From positions 12,792-76,791 of the forward strand of contig CAKOMD010000004.1 in NCBI GenBank assembly GCA_934096555.1: a DNA stretch of 64,000 bases. Reading direction: 5' to 3'. The notes under the pieces were generated by a model. The model did no database searches and was not told the origin of the DNA. It worked only from the letters and a program-made list of their open reading frames with translations. This document shows, piece after piece, positions 10,054 to 19,745 of this stretch. The DNA comes from an uncultured Bacilli bacterium (GTDB lineage: Bacteria > Bacillota_I > Bacilli_A > RF39 > UBA660). Numbering within the stretch: position 1 is the stretch's first letter; each line of letters starts with the position of its first letter. Made by a program: the position numbers and the translations under genes.

Positions 10054-10193
10054 GCAAAATATGACTATTTTTTTAATATCTTTGTAAAGTCTTTATTTAT
10101 ATGTATTTATAAGATTTTCACATATCAAACATATATACCAAATTATAATCAAGTATATAGTATATGCTTATATATAATAGGCATACTGATGCA

Positions 10194-10250
10194 TTATTCT
10201 TAGACTAAAATTAGGCTAAGAATAACACTAAAAGACCTTGGCTTTTAGTG
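10194..10250. repeat. Tandem-hairpin repeat unit R1
   Basis: ttattcttag-actaaaattagg-ctaagaataa followed immediately by cactaaaag-accttgg-cttttagtg. Both stems are perfect. It lies 49 nt downstream of the lipoprotein gene stop. Confidence 0.6.
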
Positions 10251-10298
10251 AAAGGCATAGAAAAAAAGTCTATTATTATTAGTAATAGAACTTTAATT

Positions 10299-10841
10299 TT
10301 ATTTACATGTTAATCCACGGTCTGTATATATTTTCTTTAGAGTATTAAAATCTCTATTTATACCAAAGTTAGTTATATCAGTATCTGTTAGTTTTGTTAA
10401 ATCGTAGGTGTATGTTACACTATAATCATTATCGTTATCATTATCTATTTTGGTAGTAAACCCTTCTGTATTGGTATAACTTCCAAATCTAGTATTGTGT
10501 CTAGTTTTTATACCTGAAATATCTAGAATTGTATCTGCTACTCCTGTTACTACATCATCTAATGCTTCTCCTACTACACCATCTACGATACCATTGCTAT
10601 CAGGATCTTTATCACTCGTTGTACCGTCTGTACCCGTTCCTACTCCATCAGTATGATTGTCTTTATAATCATAAGTTGCTGTTAGTTTTTTTACATCATT
10701 ACCATCATAATCTATCATATATTTTGTCTTTGATGTGATATTACCTGATTTTGTTTCACCAGTACAAGTTAGTGTTTTGGTATTGGCTGTACATCCTGAA
10801 AGAACTGCAATTACGGCAATTATTAGTAGTACTTTCTTCAT
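10299..10841 (-). CDS. Lipoprotein, function unknown
   Basis: Signal peptide with the lipobox LSGC (MKKVLLIIAVIAVLSGCT). Asp/Thr/Gly-rich mature part. Confidence 0.7.
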   Translation of the reverse strand: MKKVLLIIAVIAVLSGCTANTKTLTCTGETKSGNITSKTKYMIDYDGNDVKKLTATYDYKDNHTDGVGTGTDGTTSDKDPDSNGIVDGVVGEALDDVVTGVADTILDISGIKTRHNTRFGSYTNTEGFTTKIDNDNDNDYSVTYTYDLTKLTDTDITNFGINRDFNTLKKIYTDRGLTCK

Positions 10842-10949
10842 ATTTATTACTCCTTTCCAGTATTAGTATTGACAATTGTTAGTAATATAGTATTGGTATT
10901 TTTTGGTAATTTTAAAAGGTAGTTATTGCTAACTACCTTTGGTATTATT

Positions 10950-12323
10950 TTAATAATCACAGTTTCCTGGAGTTCTAGGATATGGTATTACGTCCCTTAT
11001 GTTATCTACTCCTGTTAGATAGATAAGTAGTCTTTCAAAGCCCATACCGAATCCTGAGTGAGTACATCCACCAAATCTTCGAAGATTTAGATACCACTGC
11101 ATTGATTCTTCTTCCATTCCTAGTTCATTCATTCTATTTAATAATTTATCATAGTCTTCTTCTCTTTGACTACCACCCATTAGTTCTCCTGCTCCTGGAA
11201 CTTCTAGGTCTACTGCAGCTACTGTTTTACCATCTGGGTTTTGTTTCATATAGAAGGCTTTGATATCTTTTGGCCAATTTTTTATGAATACTGGGCCACC
11301 AAAGTATTCTGTTATGTATTTTTCGTGTTCTCTAGCAATATCTTCACCATATTCTGGTTCAAATTCCCATTTTACTTTGGCTTCTTTTAGTATTCTTATT
11401 ACTTCTTCGTGATCTACTCTAGTGAAGTGGCTATTTATTAATTTGTTTAATTTTTCTAATAGGCCTTTTTCGACGAATTTATCAAAGAATTCCATCTCGT
11501 TTGAACAATTATCTAGGACATATTTTACTACATACTTTAGCATATCTTCCATTATATCCATATCGCCTTCAAGGTCACAGAAGGCTATTTCTGGCTCTAT
11601 CATCCAAAATTCTGAAGCATGGGTTTTGGTGTTAGAGTTTTCCGCTCTAAAGGTTGGTCCGAATGTATAGGTCTTTTTGTAAGCCATAGCAAATGTTTCA
11701 GCCTCTAGTTGTCCGGATACGGTAAGAGCAGCCATTTTTCCAAAGAAATCTTTTGAGTAGTCTACTTTTCCTGTTTCTGCTACTTTGTTTAAGTCTAGTG
11801 TTGTTACTTGGAACATTTGGCCTGCGCCTTCACAGTCTGATGCTGTTATTAATGGAGCATGGAAATAAACATAATTACGCTCTTGGAAATATTTATGAAT
11901 AGCATAAGCCGCTACACTTCTTACTCTAAATACAGCATTAAATAGATTTGTTCTTGGTCTTAAATAAGCTATTTCTCTTAAGAATTCTCTTGTTGGTCTA
12001 CCTTTGGCTTGAAGTGGGTAATCATCTGGGCAGTCGCCTTCAAGAACAAATGAAGTCATAGATAATTCAAATGGTTGACCTTCTTTTGGTGACTTTATTA
12101 ATTTACCTGTTACAGTAATAGCACTACCTAATTTTAATTTTGTTACTTCTTCAAAATCTTTTAGGTTATCATCATAGACTACTTGTAATCCTTTGAAGTA
12201 AGTTCCATCGGATAAGTCTATGAATCCAAAGTGAGCCTGCTTTCTATGACTTTTAATCCAACCATTTACGGTAATTTCTTGGTCTATATAATCTTTTAAA
12301 TATAATTCTTTAATGTCTAACAT
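10950..12323 (-). CDS. asnS: Asparagine--tRNA ligase
   Basis: 457 aa. OB-fold N-terminus, class II motifs, and the AsnRS-typical ITASDCEGAGQMFQVTT and GGSQREE. Confidence 0.88.
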   Translation of the reverse strand: MLDIKELYLKDYIDQEITVNGWIKSHRKQAHFGFIDLSDGTYFKGLQVVYDDNLKDFEEVTKLKLGSAITVTGKLIKSPKEGQPFELSMTSFVLEGDCPDDYPLQAKGRPTREFLREIAYLRPRTNLFNAVFRVRSVAAYAIHKYFQERNYVYFHAPLITASDCEGAGQMFQVTTLDLNKVAETGKVDYSKDFFGKMAALTVSGQLEAETFAMAYKKTYTFGPTFRAENSNTKTHASEFWMIEPEIAFCDLEGDMDIMEDMLKYVVKYVLDNCSNEMEFFDKFVEKGLLEKLNKLINSHFTRVDHEEVIRILKEAKVKWEFEPEYGEDIAREHEKYITEYFGGPVFIKNWPKDIKAFYMKQNPDGKTVAAVDLEVPGAGELMGGSQREEDYDKLLNRMNELGMEEESMQWYLNLRRFGGCTHSGFGMGFERLLIYLTGVDNIRDVIPYPRTPGNCDY

Positions 12324-12338
12324 AATAATTCCTTCTTT

Positions 12339-12704
12339 CTACTTTGTACTTCCTGTTAGTAATCTCTTATTTATGATACTAGCAGATCTATTAACATCTT
12401 TTAATAACTTGTTATATAGATTTGGGTAATGTCTTAATGCCAGAATAAACTGAACATCTTCGTAGGAGATAGCCCCTATGTATGTTTTGTTTTCTTCATT
12501 TTTAACGGCTACTTCTCTACCTAATAAGTAATCTGCAGTTGTTTCTAATACTTCTGATATTTTTACTAAATTGTCTAAAGTTGGAAGTCTTGTTCCATTT
12601 TCGTAACCACAAATTGATACTTTGGTAACTCCTATTGCTGTTCCTAATTCCTGCTGGGAAAAACCTCTTTTCATTCTTAACTCTTTTAATCTTTTTCCTA
12701 TCAT
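12339..12704 (-). CDS. XRE-family HTH transcriptional regulator
   Basis: MIGKRLKELRMKRGFSQQELGTAIGVTKVSICGYENGTRLPTLDNLVKISEVL is a classical Cro/C1 HTH. It ends 15 nt upstream of asnS. Confidence 0.8.
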   Translation of the reverse strand: MIGKRLKELRMKRGFSQQELGTAIGVTKVSICGYENGTRLPTLDNLVKISEVLETTADYLLGREVAVKNEENKTYIGAISYEDVQFILALRHYPNLYNKLLKDVNRSASIINKRLLTGSTK

Positions 12705-12888
12705 TGTATTTATTACCTTTCTTTATTAGTTATCTCCTTGTTAATATTATTTTATAACAAAATAGGTAAAAAGTACATATTTATTTACTAAATTTTACTA
12801 AAATATATAGGTTTTATGGGAATTTATCTGTTTATTCTATTATTATTTTCTATATTTTTAATTTTATTATTATTTTTTAAATAAATTT

Positions 12889-12919
12889 AGAGAAAGTAGA
12901 TTACTCTTCTACTTTCTCT
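12889..12919 (-). terminator. 12-bp hairpin spanning the ssb stop codon
   Basis: agagaaagtaga (12889-12900) pairs with tctactttctct (12908-12919) around a 7-nt loop. The following U-tract is weak (AAAUUUAUUU). Confidence 0.4.
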
Positions 12920-13290
12920 TCTTGATCTTCAGATAATTCTTCGACCACTGTATCACTTTTTCTACGTTGGGGGTTGGATGTTAGAAATGTGACTTTTTCG
13001 GCGATTATCTCGGTTTTCTTTCTTTTCGTTCCTTCGGGTGTTTCTACTACTCTGGTCTGAAGACGACCTTTGATGCCAATCATATCACCAGTTTCACAAT
13101 ATTCACTAGTGGATTCTGCTACTGCAGACCATAGAGTACAATCTAAGAAATCTGTATCGTATTCACCGTTGGAATTTTTATAATTTCTTGGTACCGCTAG
13201 TGTTAGAGTGGCCATCTTTTTACCATTTTCTGTAACTTTTGTTTCAGGGGCTCTTGCTATTCTACCTACTAGAACTATTTGATTAACCAT
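12901..13290 (-). CDS. ssb: Single-stranded DNA-binding protein, non-canonical C-terminus
   Basis: OB fold MVNQIVLVGRIARAPE...LTLAV. ATG at 13290 with an AGGAGG RBS. The tail ends EDQEEKVEE rather than the D-D-(I/L)-P-F tip. Not in an rpsF-ssb-rpsR context. Confidence 0.8.
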   Translation of the reverse strand: MVNQIVLVGRIARAPETKVTENGKKMATLTLAVPRNYKNSNGEYDTDFLDCTLWSAVAESTSEYCETGDMIGIKGRLQTRVVETPEGTKRKKTEIIAEKVTFLTSNPQRRKSDTVVEELSEDQEEKVEE

Positions 13291-13481
13291 AGTTTTCCTC
13301 CTTTCCAGAGACAATATATCACACTATATTTTTTGCGGCAAATTGGTAAAACTGGTTTTCGGTGGTTAAAAATGTAAAGAAAAAGAACCTTTAGATTTCT
13401 AAAAGTCCTTACTTTATTTTTTTAGTGTCTTTAAAAGATGTTTTTGGGTAAAATCGCTACTTTACACAAATTTGACACTTT

Positions 13482-14759
13482 TTATAGACCTAATTCTTTA
13501 ATTATAGCATCTGATATAGCACTGGCTAGTTTATCTTTGCTATTTATTAAAATATCCAAATCACTTTGATTTGATAAATAGCCTAATTCTAATAGATATG
13601 ATTCATTGGCTATGTTGTTTTTGTAGTATGGATTTACTCCTACTTTATCAGGATTGCTATCGTCAACATAGGCTCCAGTTAGGTAACCGCCTGTTTCTCT
13701 TATCATATATAAATAGTTAGATTTTTCGGTTACGTTATATGGTTTGTATCCTTTTTCTTCATAGCCTTCAAGTGATGACTCTATTTCTTTAGCAGTAAAG
13801 TTATGGGTATAGATGCCATTAAATTCTTTATATAATTTATTACTTGAATATCCTAAATCGGTATAAGAAGTTATATTGTCTACTAGTGACTTGGCTAAAT
13901 TATAGTTTATTCCTTTAGCGGTATATATTTCTATTCCTCTTACTTTTGAAGATGTACTCTTGTTGATATGGATAGAGAATGTATATTTTGATTTTACTTC
14001 ATTTGGTATTACTGCTCTTCCATGCTTATTGTATTCATCCATTACTTCGTTTTTGGTTAAATCGTTTTCATCATGAGTTAGTTTTACTTTAATGTTTTTC
14101 TCTTCTAGATTTTCTTTTATTTTTTTACTAATATCCATAGTGAAGTCAGTTTCTTTATAGTCTCCTGATTTTCCACCGCCATCCATTCCACCATGACCTG
14201 GATCGATAGTTATATCATATATTTCTTTATCTTTATTTTCTATTATGTCAAACATCATTGTCTTGTAGTCATTATTTGAGTTTATTAAGATTTTATTGTT
14301 ATATTTTGAAAGTGTATAGTAGGTACTTTCTTTATATTCAGTTTTGTTATCAAGGACATAGTATTTTACTATAGGTTCGTCTTTATTTTCTTCATTTTTA
14401 TACGTTAATTTTAAGAATAAATAATAGATATCTCTTGGTATGTCATCTAAATATAATCCTTCATTTATTTCTTCGCTAGTATAGAAACTTATTTTATTGT
14501 CTTCACTATCTACTTCTATGTCAAAGTCTTTATCTTTACCATTATATAGTGTTAGTTTTATATCTTCATAGCTTTTGTCTGATAATTCTAGGCTTCCTTT
14601 AATATTGAAGTGATTTCCATACATATAGTATTCCTCTACTGCTACTTTTTCTGGTTCAGGGGTTATTTTAGGAACTTTGTTTATGTAATTGACATAGATA
14701 AAGTAACCTAGAAAACCTAATACTATTAATACTCCTATTGTTATTATTATTTTTTTCAT
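13482..14759 (-). CDS. Membrane-anchored N-acetylmuramoyl-L-alanine amidase (Amidase_3)
   Basis: N-terminal TM helix. C-terminal domain with IDPGHGGMDGG and SIHIN motifs. Confidence 0.8.
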   Translation of the reverse strand: MKKIIITIGVLIVLGFLGYFIYVNYINKVPKITPEPEKVAVEEYYMYGNHFNIKGSLELSDKSYEDIKLTLYNGKDKDFDIEVDSEDNKISFYTSEEINEGLYLDDIPRDIYYLFLKLTYKNEENKDEPIVKYYVLDNKTEYKESTYYTLSKYNNKILINSNNDYKTMMFDIIENKDKEIYDITIDPGHGGMDGGGKSGDYKETDFTMDISKKIKENLEEKNIKVKLTHDENDLTKNEVMDEYNKHGRAVIPNEVKSKYTFSIHINKSTSSKVRGIEIYTAKGINYNLAKSLVDNITSYTDLGYSSNKLYKEFNGIYTHNFTAKEIESSLEGYEEKGYKPYNVTEKSNYLYMIRETGGYLTGAYVDDSNPDKVGVNPYYKNNIANESYLLELGYLSNQSDLDILINSKDKLASAISDAIIKELGL

Positions 14760-14762
14760 TTT

Positions 14763-16070
14763 TTAATCTCCTATATTTAATTTTAATAATCTATTTAGTT
14801 CGACAGCATATTCCATTGGTAGTTCTTCTCTAAAGGCTCCAATAAAGCCCATTATTATTAATTCTTTGGCTTTTTCACTATCTATACCTTTACTCATTAG
14901 ATAGAAGAGTTTATCTTCAGATATTTTGGATACTGTGGCTTCATGTTCCATAAATGATGAGTTGTTATTTACTATATTGGTTGGGATGGTATCACTCTTG
15001 GATATTTCATCTAGTATTAGGGTATCGCATTTTACTGAGGCTTTGGAATTTATTGCATTTTTAGATATTTTTACTGTACCACGATAGACTGCTAGTCCAC
15101 CACCTGATGCTATTGATTTGGATACGATATTGCTTTTGGTATTCTTACCTAAGTGAATCATTTTGGCACCGCTATCTTGGATTTGTCCTTTTCCTGCGGC
15201 TGCTACAGTGATACAACTTCCTCTTGAATAATCGCCTTTTAAAATACAACATGGATATTTCATATTTGTTTTTGAACCGATGTTTCCATCTATCCACTCC
15301 ATTAAGCCATTTTCTTCAACAATTGCTCTTTTGGTGACTAAGTTATAAACATCACTGGACCAGTTTTGAATGGTAGTATAACGACATTTGGAATTCTTAC
15401 CAACAAATATTTCTACTACAGCAGCATGAAGAGAATCTTCTGTGTATGTTGGAGCAGTACAGCCCTCTATATAGTGCAGTTCACTATCATCATCAACAAT
15501 TATTAGGGTTCTTTCAAACTGCCCCATATTTTTACTATTTATTCTAAAGTAACTTTGGAGTGGTCTATCTAAGTGAGTATGTGGTGGAATATAGATAAAT
15601 GTTCCTCCTGACCAGACAGCACCATTTAAAGCAGTAAACTTGTTTTCATTATATTTAACTAGAGTATTAAAATATTTTTTAAAGATATCAGGATGTTCTC
15701 TTAGAGCAGTATCTGTGTCACAGAAAATAACATTTTTCTTTTTTAATTCTTCATTCATATTGTGATATATTACTTCACTATCATACTGTGCTCCTACTCC
15801 ATCTAGATATTTCTTTTCAGCGGATATTACTCCTAAATCATCAAATAGATTTCTTACTTCACATGATATATTATTCCAATTATCAGTTAAATTATCCTCT
15901 CTTTGTTTATAATAATTTATACTATCATAATCTATGTCTAGTTTTGGACCAAAGCTTGGATTACTACTTTTATCAAAGGCATCTAGGGATGTTAATCTAA
16001 AATCTAACATCCAAGATGGTTCTTTTTTTATTTCAGATATTTGTTTTACTACTTCTTTTGTTAACTTCAT
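14763..16070 (-). CDS. sufB: Fe-S cluster assembly scaffold SufB/SufD family
   Basis: 435 aa with the SufB-like beta-helix core (FYIPPHTHLDRPLQSYFRIN, IVSKSIASGGG, ISEDKLFYLMSKGI). No sufC/D/S/U gene is adjacent. Confidence 0.75.
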   Translation of the reverse strand: MKLTKEVVKQISEIKKEPSWMLDFRLTSLDAFDKSSNPSFGPKLDIDYDSINYYKQREDNLTDNWNNISCEVRNLFDDLGVISAEKKYLDGVGAQYDSEVIYHNMNEELKKKNVIFCDTDTALREHPDIFKKYFNTLVKYNENKFTALNGAVWSGGTFIYIPPHTHLDRPLQSYFRINSKNMGQFERTLIIVDDDSELHYIEGCTAPTYTEDSLHAAVVEIFVGKNSKCRYTTIQNWSSDVYNLVTKRAIVEENGLMEWIDGNIGSKTNMKYPCCILKGDYSRGSCITVAAAGKGQIQDSGAKMIHLGKNTKSNIVSKSIASGGGLAVYRGTVKISKNAINSKASVKCDTLILDEISKSDTIPTNIVNNNSSFMEHEATVSKISEDKLFYLMSKGIDSEKAKELIIMGFIGAFREELPMEYAVELNRLLKLNIGD

Positions 16071-16165
16071 TTTTTCACCTTGTTTCTACCATTATTATAA
16101 ATGAAAATATATTTTATGTAAAGAAAAAAACGGCCTATTTACATGGATAGACAGTTTTTTTACTT

Positions 16166-16906
16166 TCACTCAACTATATTTGATTTTGCTTCAAAACCAT
16201 TTAAATAATAATTTGGTATTTTTCCTTGTATTACTTTCATTCCAATGGGAATACTGGCACTTATATTTAAATCTTCAGTGGATATTGGTAAGATTACTCT
16301 AGTTGTTACTGATATGTTTATCAATACTTTTAATAAGGCATTATTTATACCATACTCTACTACTTCTGTACTAAAGTTTGTTGATACATCTCCTATTAAA
16401 GACATTTTTACCGGTATTTTAGGACCTATGTTAGATAATAGGCTAGAACCTGTGGTTAGTCCAAAGGGTATTTCACATATTATTCTTTTTGATAGTAAGT
16501 CCATGTTGTAATTGCTTAGACTATTATCTGGTAATTCTAACATATCTATTTTACCTTCTTCAACCGCACGAAGGTTTAATTCAACAAGGCTTGTCATTGC
16601 GCTTAATACTTTGGATGTTTTTTTAGTATCAAAATCTATTAAAATTATTTCTCCTTCTTTATTATATGTTATTTTAAATAATTCCTCAACATCCATATTA
16701 TATAACTGCTTTGTTACGGCTTTATTTATAATCAAGACAGTTAATTTTTTTGTCTCAGCTTCGGCATAAGATTTTAATATTGGATATGCTTTTTTAGAAT
16801 AATAATTTATAAATGTAAGTGATAGTATTATAACAGATGTTAATATTAATAAAATTATTAGCAGAATATTATGTTTTTTATTTTTTTTCTTTAATATCAT
16901 TCTCAT
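16166..16906 (-). CDS. yunB: Sporulation protein YunB
   Basis: N-terminal TM helix, then AYPILKSYAEAETKKLTVLIINKAV and the V.E..IN.A pattern of the YunB family. Confidence 0.65.
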   Translation of the reverse strand: MRMILKKKNKKHNILLIILLILTSVIILSLTFINYYSKKAYPILKSYAEAETKKLTVLIINKAVTKQLYNMDVEELFKITYNKEGEIILIDFDTKKTSKVLSAMTSLVELNLRAVEEGKIDMLELPDNSLSNYNMDLLSKRIICEIPFGLTTGSSLLSNIGPKIPVKMSLIGDVSTNFSTEVVEYGINNALLKVLINISVTTRVILPISTEDLNISASIPIGMKVIQGKIPNYYLNGFEAKSNIVE

Positions 16907-16928
16907 ACTAAAATATATGATATTTAAA

Positions 16929-17204
16929 TTATTTTAAAGCATTTAATCCACCTTTTATTGATTTTGTATTGTAACCAAATTCATTTAATCTTTTACTTAT
17001 TTCGAGGCTTTGTTTTCCTTCTTCACAATAAAGATAATATATATTATTTTTATTTAAATAATGTGAAAAATTATTTAATAAGTTATAGTAAGGTATATTT
17101 ATTGAATTCTTTATATGTGAAATACTATATGAATAGTTATCTCTAATATCAATTATAATTGGGTTAGAAATTTTTTTTAATTCATTTAATGATATTGTAT
17201 TCAT
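16929..17204 (-). CDS. Single-domain rhodanese-like sulfurtransferase
   Basis: 91 aa with an IIDIRD motif and the active-site loop YCEEGKQS. Confidence 0.65.
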   Translation of the reverse strand: MNTISLNELKKISNPIIIDIRDNYSYSISHIKNSINIPYYNLLNNFSHYLNKNNIYYLYCEEGKQSLEISKRLNEFGYNTKSIKGGLNALK

Positions 17205-17287
17205 ACTTGCACCTCACTATAATATATTAAATTTTTATTATGGTGAAAAGTTAATAAACACAATAATTTCTTATTTTATTTGTTTTT

Positions 17288-17341
17288 CACTTCAGGCCTA
17301 AGGTCCTGAAGTGTTTGCTTAAGCCTTAGGTCTTAAACAAA
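17288..17341. repeat. Tandem-hairpin repeat unit R2
   Basis: cacttcagg-cctaaggt-cctgaagtg followed by tttgcttaag-ccttaggt-cttaaacaaa (9 of 10 bp). It lies downstream of the T4CP terminator, at the left edge of the accessory block. Confidence 0.6.
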
Positions 17342-17404
17342 GGGCTATTATATATAAGCATAATCTATATATTTAGATTAAGATGGTAGGATATTTGCAA
17401 GCAA

Positions 17405-17435
17405 AAAGCCTTTAATAATTAAAATTAAAGGCTTT
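17405..17435 (-). terminator. Intrinsic terminator after the coupling-protein gene
   Basis: The minus RNA reads AAAGCCUUUAAU-UUUAAUU-AUUAAAGGCUUU followed by UUGCUUG. It starts 4 nt after the stop codon. Confidence 0.6.
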
Positions 17436-17438
17436 ATA

Positions 17439-19616
17439 TTAATCATCTGAGAAAAAGTCATCAAAGAAATCGTCATCACTTGTATTATCTGTATACATAT
17501 TTTGTAGTTTTTCTTCTGCTGTATTATCTTCTTTAGGTACTGATGCTTTTTCATCACTTTGTGTTAAATCATTAAATGATATGTTTTCTTTATCTGCTAT
17601 TGGTTTAGCTGGCTCCGAAATTACATCTACTGGTTTTTGCTCTTTTTCTTGTTCCTTAGTTTGTTCTTCTTCTCTTTCAATTTCCGCTATTTTAGCATCG
17701 ATCTTCTTAACTAAATCGTCTATGTTGAAACTATCTTCTTCAGGTTCTTGTCTTTCTTGATTACCTAAGAAGCTAGGCATACCGCTACCAAATGGATTTG
17801 GAGAAGGACTAGCAAATGGATTTGAACCACCAAATGGGTTACTCATAAATGGATTAGATGAAGAAGTAAATGGATTAGACATATTAGGATTAAATTCTCC
17901 CATTGCGGCCATCTTTTCTTGCTTCTTTGCTTTAACAAATTCTCTTATATCAAATAATTGTAACTCTCTCTTTGGTCTTGCTTCTGGAGTACTTTTTGGA
18001 TATGTTCTACCCCAATCAACTTGGAAGTCTGTTTGAAATTTTGTTTTATATGGAAACATTCTTCTTCTTAAAACAATTATTTCAAACTGATTTAGTCTTT
18101 GTAAATCACTTACTGTTACTAAAGGTGTTGAAGCAGTTTTATCTTTTTCTTTTGATTTTACTTCACCACACATTTTACTTATTTCTTCAAGAGCTGCTAT
18201 TTCGCTACTTATCAAATATAGTAAATTACAGTTACCGCGAATAGTATCACCATTCTCTTTACCATACACTTGGGTTAACTGTGCGAAGTTTTGAATAATA
18301 AAGGTAAATCTAATTAATCTACTTCTAGCGGCAGTAACCATTGTTGTAACATCTTTTAAAGGTGGCATATTGGCAAACTCATCTAGAATAAAGTTAGTTC
18401 TATATGGTAACTTTCCACCACTTTCTTGAGCAACATCTATCAATGTTTCATAACATTGTTTAATGAATATTGTAGCAAGGGGATGTAATGTTTTCTTTTC
18501 ATCTTGAACTATTAAGAAAACTGCTGTTTTCTTTCTACCAATATCACGCATATCAAAATCGCTATAAGATAGCATTTCTGATAAATTTTCTCTTGATGAG
18601 AATAATTTTATTTTTTGTTTAAAAGTTGCTATGATACCCTGTTTTGTTTCATCCGCAGTGAAAACAGTACCTGAGGCATTAATATATGCAGGTTTAGATG
18701 GATCTTTGGCATTAAAGTATTCTTTTATATAGTTATTGTTTGGACCGCCAAATCTTTCTTCACCTAAGCTACTCATTAAGTTTATACTATTTAAATTTAC
18801 TTGGGCTGGTGATGCATCTTCAAATAATCCTAATGCAAGACCTGTAAAATAGTCTGCAGCTGTTTTTTCCCAGAATGGATCGCCGCTACTTTTTTCTTCA
18901 TATAATATATTTAATGCTAAGTCATCAAGTAACTCTATGGCTTTATCGGTATTGCCATCTTTATATAATTGGTAAGGTAGACTCATAGGATTCCATGCAT
19001 TTCCATGTTGTGGGTCCCTAAAATTTAATGTAACTATATTATAACCTTCATCTTTTAGTAATGCTGCTGTCTCCTCATACAACTCACCTTTAGGGTCAGT
19101 TAGTATCATTGACTCGTTATGCTTAGCTAATAATTTTATCATTGGTTTAGCTACTATTACAGTTTTACCAGAACCAGTAGCACCCATAACTAACCAGTGG
19201 TCTTCACCATTATCAACCCACATTTTACCTTTCTTACTATATAAGGCTATACCAGCTGCTGGTATTGTTTGATCTTTAATGTTAACTACTTCAAGACCTT
19301 TTTTAAATTCAGCATCAGTTGCCCATCTCGAATAGCCTTTTTCTTTCTTTGAACCTATACTAAAACCAAAGCCCTTTTCACGATCAAAAATATATGATTT
19401 AACTGCTAGAAAAAGTCCTACTAGAGATGCTATAAATAAGAATAATGTCATACCTATATATCTAGAAGTAAAGGCTTTAAATGGTAAAAATCCATAAAAC
19501 TTATTAGTTGAAGCTAAACTACTTACATTTAATACTCCTATAGCACATAAATATAATAGAAATACGCAAAAAATTATAAATATAATTAAATCTTTCTTTT
19601 CTACTTTTATTTTCAT
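17439..19616 (-). CDS. Type IV coupling protein (VirD4/TraG family) with a long disordered C-terminal tail
   Basis: Two N-terminal TM helices, Walker A GATGSGKT, Walker B/TraG motif FILDEFANMP. The tail has six NPF repeats and the acidic end DDDFFDDFFSDD. Confidence 0.88.
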   Translation of the reverse strand: MKIKVEKKDLIIFIIFCVFLLYLCAIGVLNVSSLASTNKFYGFLPFKAFTSRYIGMTLFLFIASLVGLFLAVKSYIFDREKGFGFSIGSKKEKGYSRWATDAEFKKGLEVVNIKDQTIPAAGIALYSKKGKMWVDNGEDHWLVMGATGSGKTVIVAKPMIKLLAKHNESMILTDPKGELYEETAALLKDEGYNIVTLNFRDPQHGNAWNPMSLPYQLYKDGNTDKAIELLDDLALNILYEEKSSGDPFWEKTAADYFTGLALGLFEDASPAQVNLNSINLMSSLGEERFGGPNNNYIKEYFNAKDPSKPAYINASGTVFTADETKQGIIATFKQKIKLFSSRENLSEMLSYSDFDMRDIGRKKTAVFLIVQDEKKTLHPLATIFIKQCYETLIDVAQESGGKLPYRTNFILDEFANMPPLKDVTTMVTAARSRLIRFTFIIQNFAQLTQVYGKENGDTIRGNCNLLYLISSEIAALEEISKMCGEVKSKEKDKTASTPLVTVSDLQRLNQFEIIVLRRRMFPYKTKFQTDFQVDWGRTYPKSTPEARPKRELQLFDIREFVKAKKQEKMAAMGEFNPNMSNPFTSSSNPFMSNPFGGSNPFASPSPNPFGSGMPSFLGNQERQEPEEDSFNIDDLVKKIDAKIAEIEREEEQTKEQEKEQKPVDVISEPAKPIADKENISFNDLTQSDEKASVPKEDNTAEEKLQNMYTDNTSDDDFFDDFFSDD

Positions 19617-19745
19617 ATAAAAATCTTTCCTTCCAATTAACTACCAATATTATAGCATTAATAATTTGAATTGTAAATAAGTTTAATATAAAAGAAAAGG
19701 CATTCCTTAAAAGATGGTCCTGCCCTTTCTTTGAGTATTTATTTC

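Noticed and set aside
12324-12338. T-box leader or riboswitch upstream of asnS
   Set aside because: Only 15 nt separate asnS from the XRE gene, and no specifier or T-box sequence is present in the region upstream of the XRE gene either.
17205-17438. att-type direct repeats or a tRNA target at the block boundaries (compared with 43369-43489)
   Set aside because: I see no tRNA gene and no shared repeat of 12 nt or more between the two boundary intergenic regions by eye. A computational repeat search is needed to exclude short att sites.
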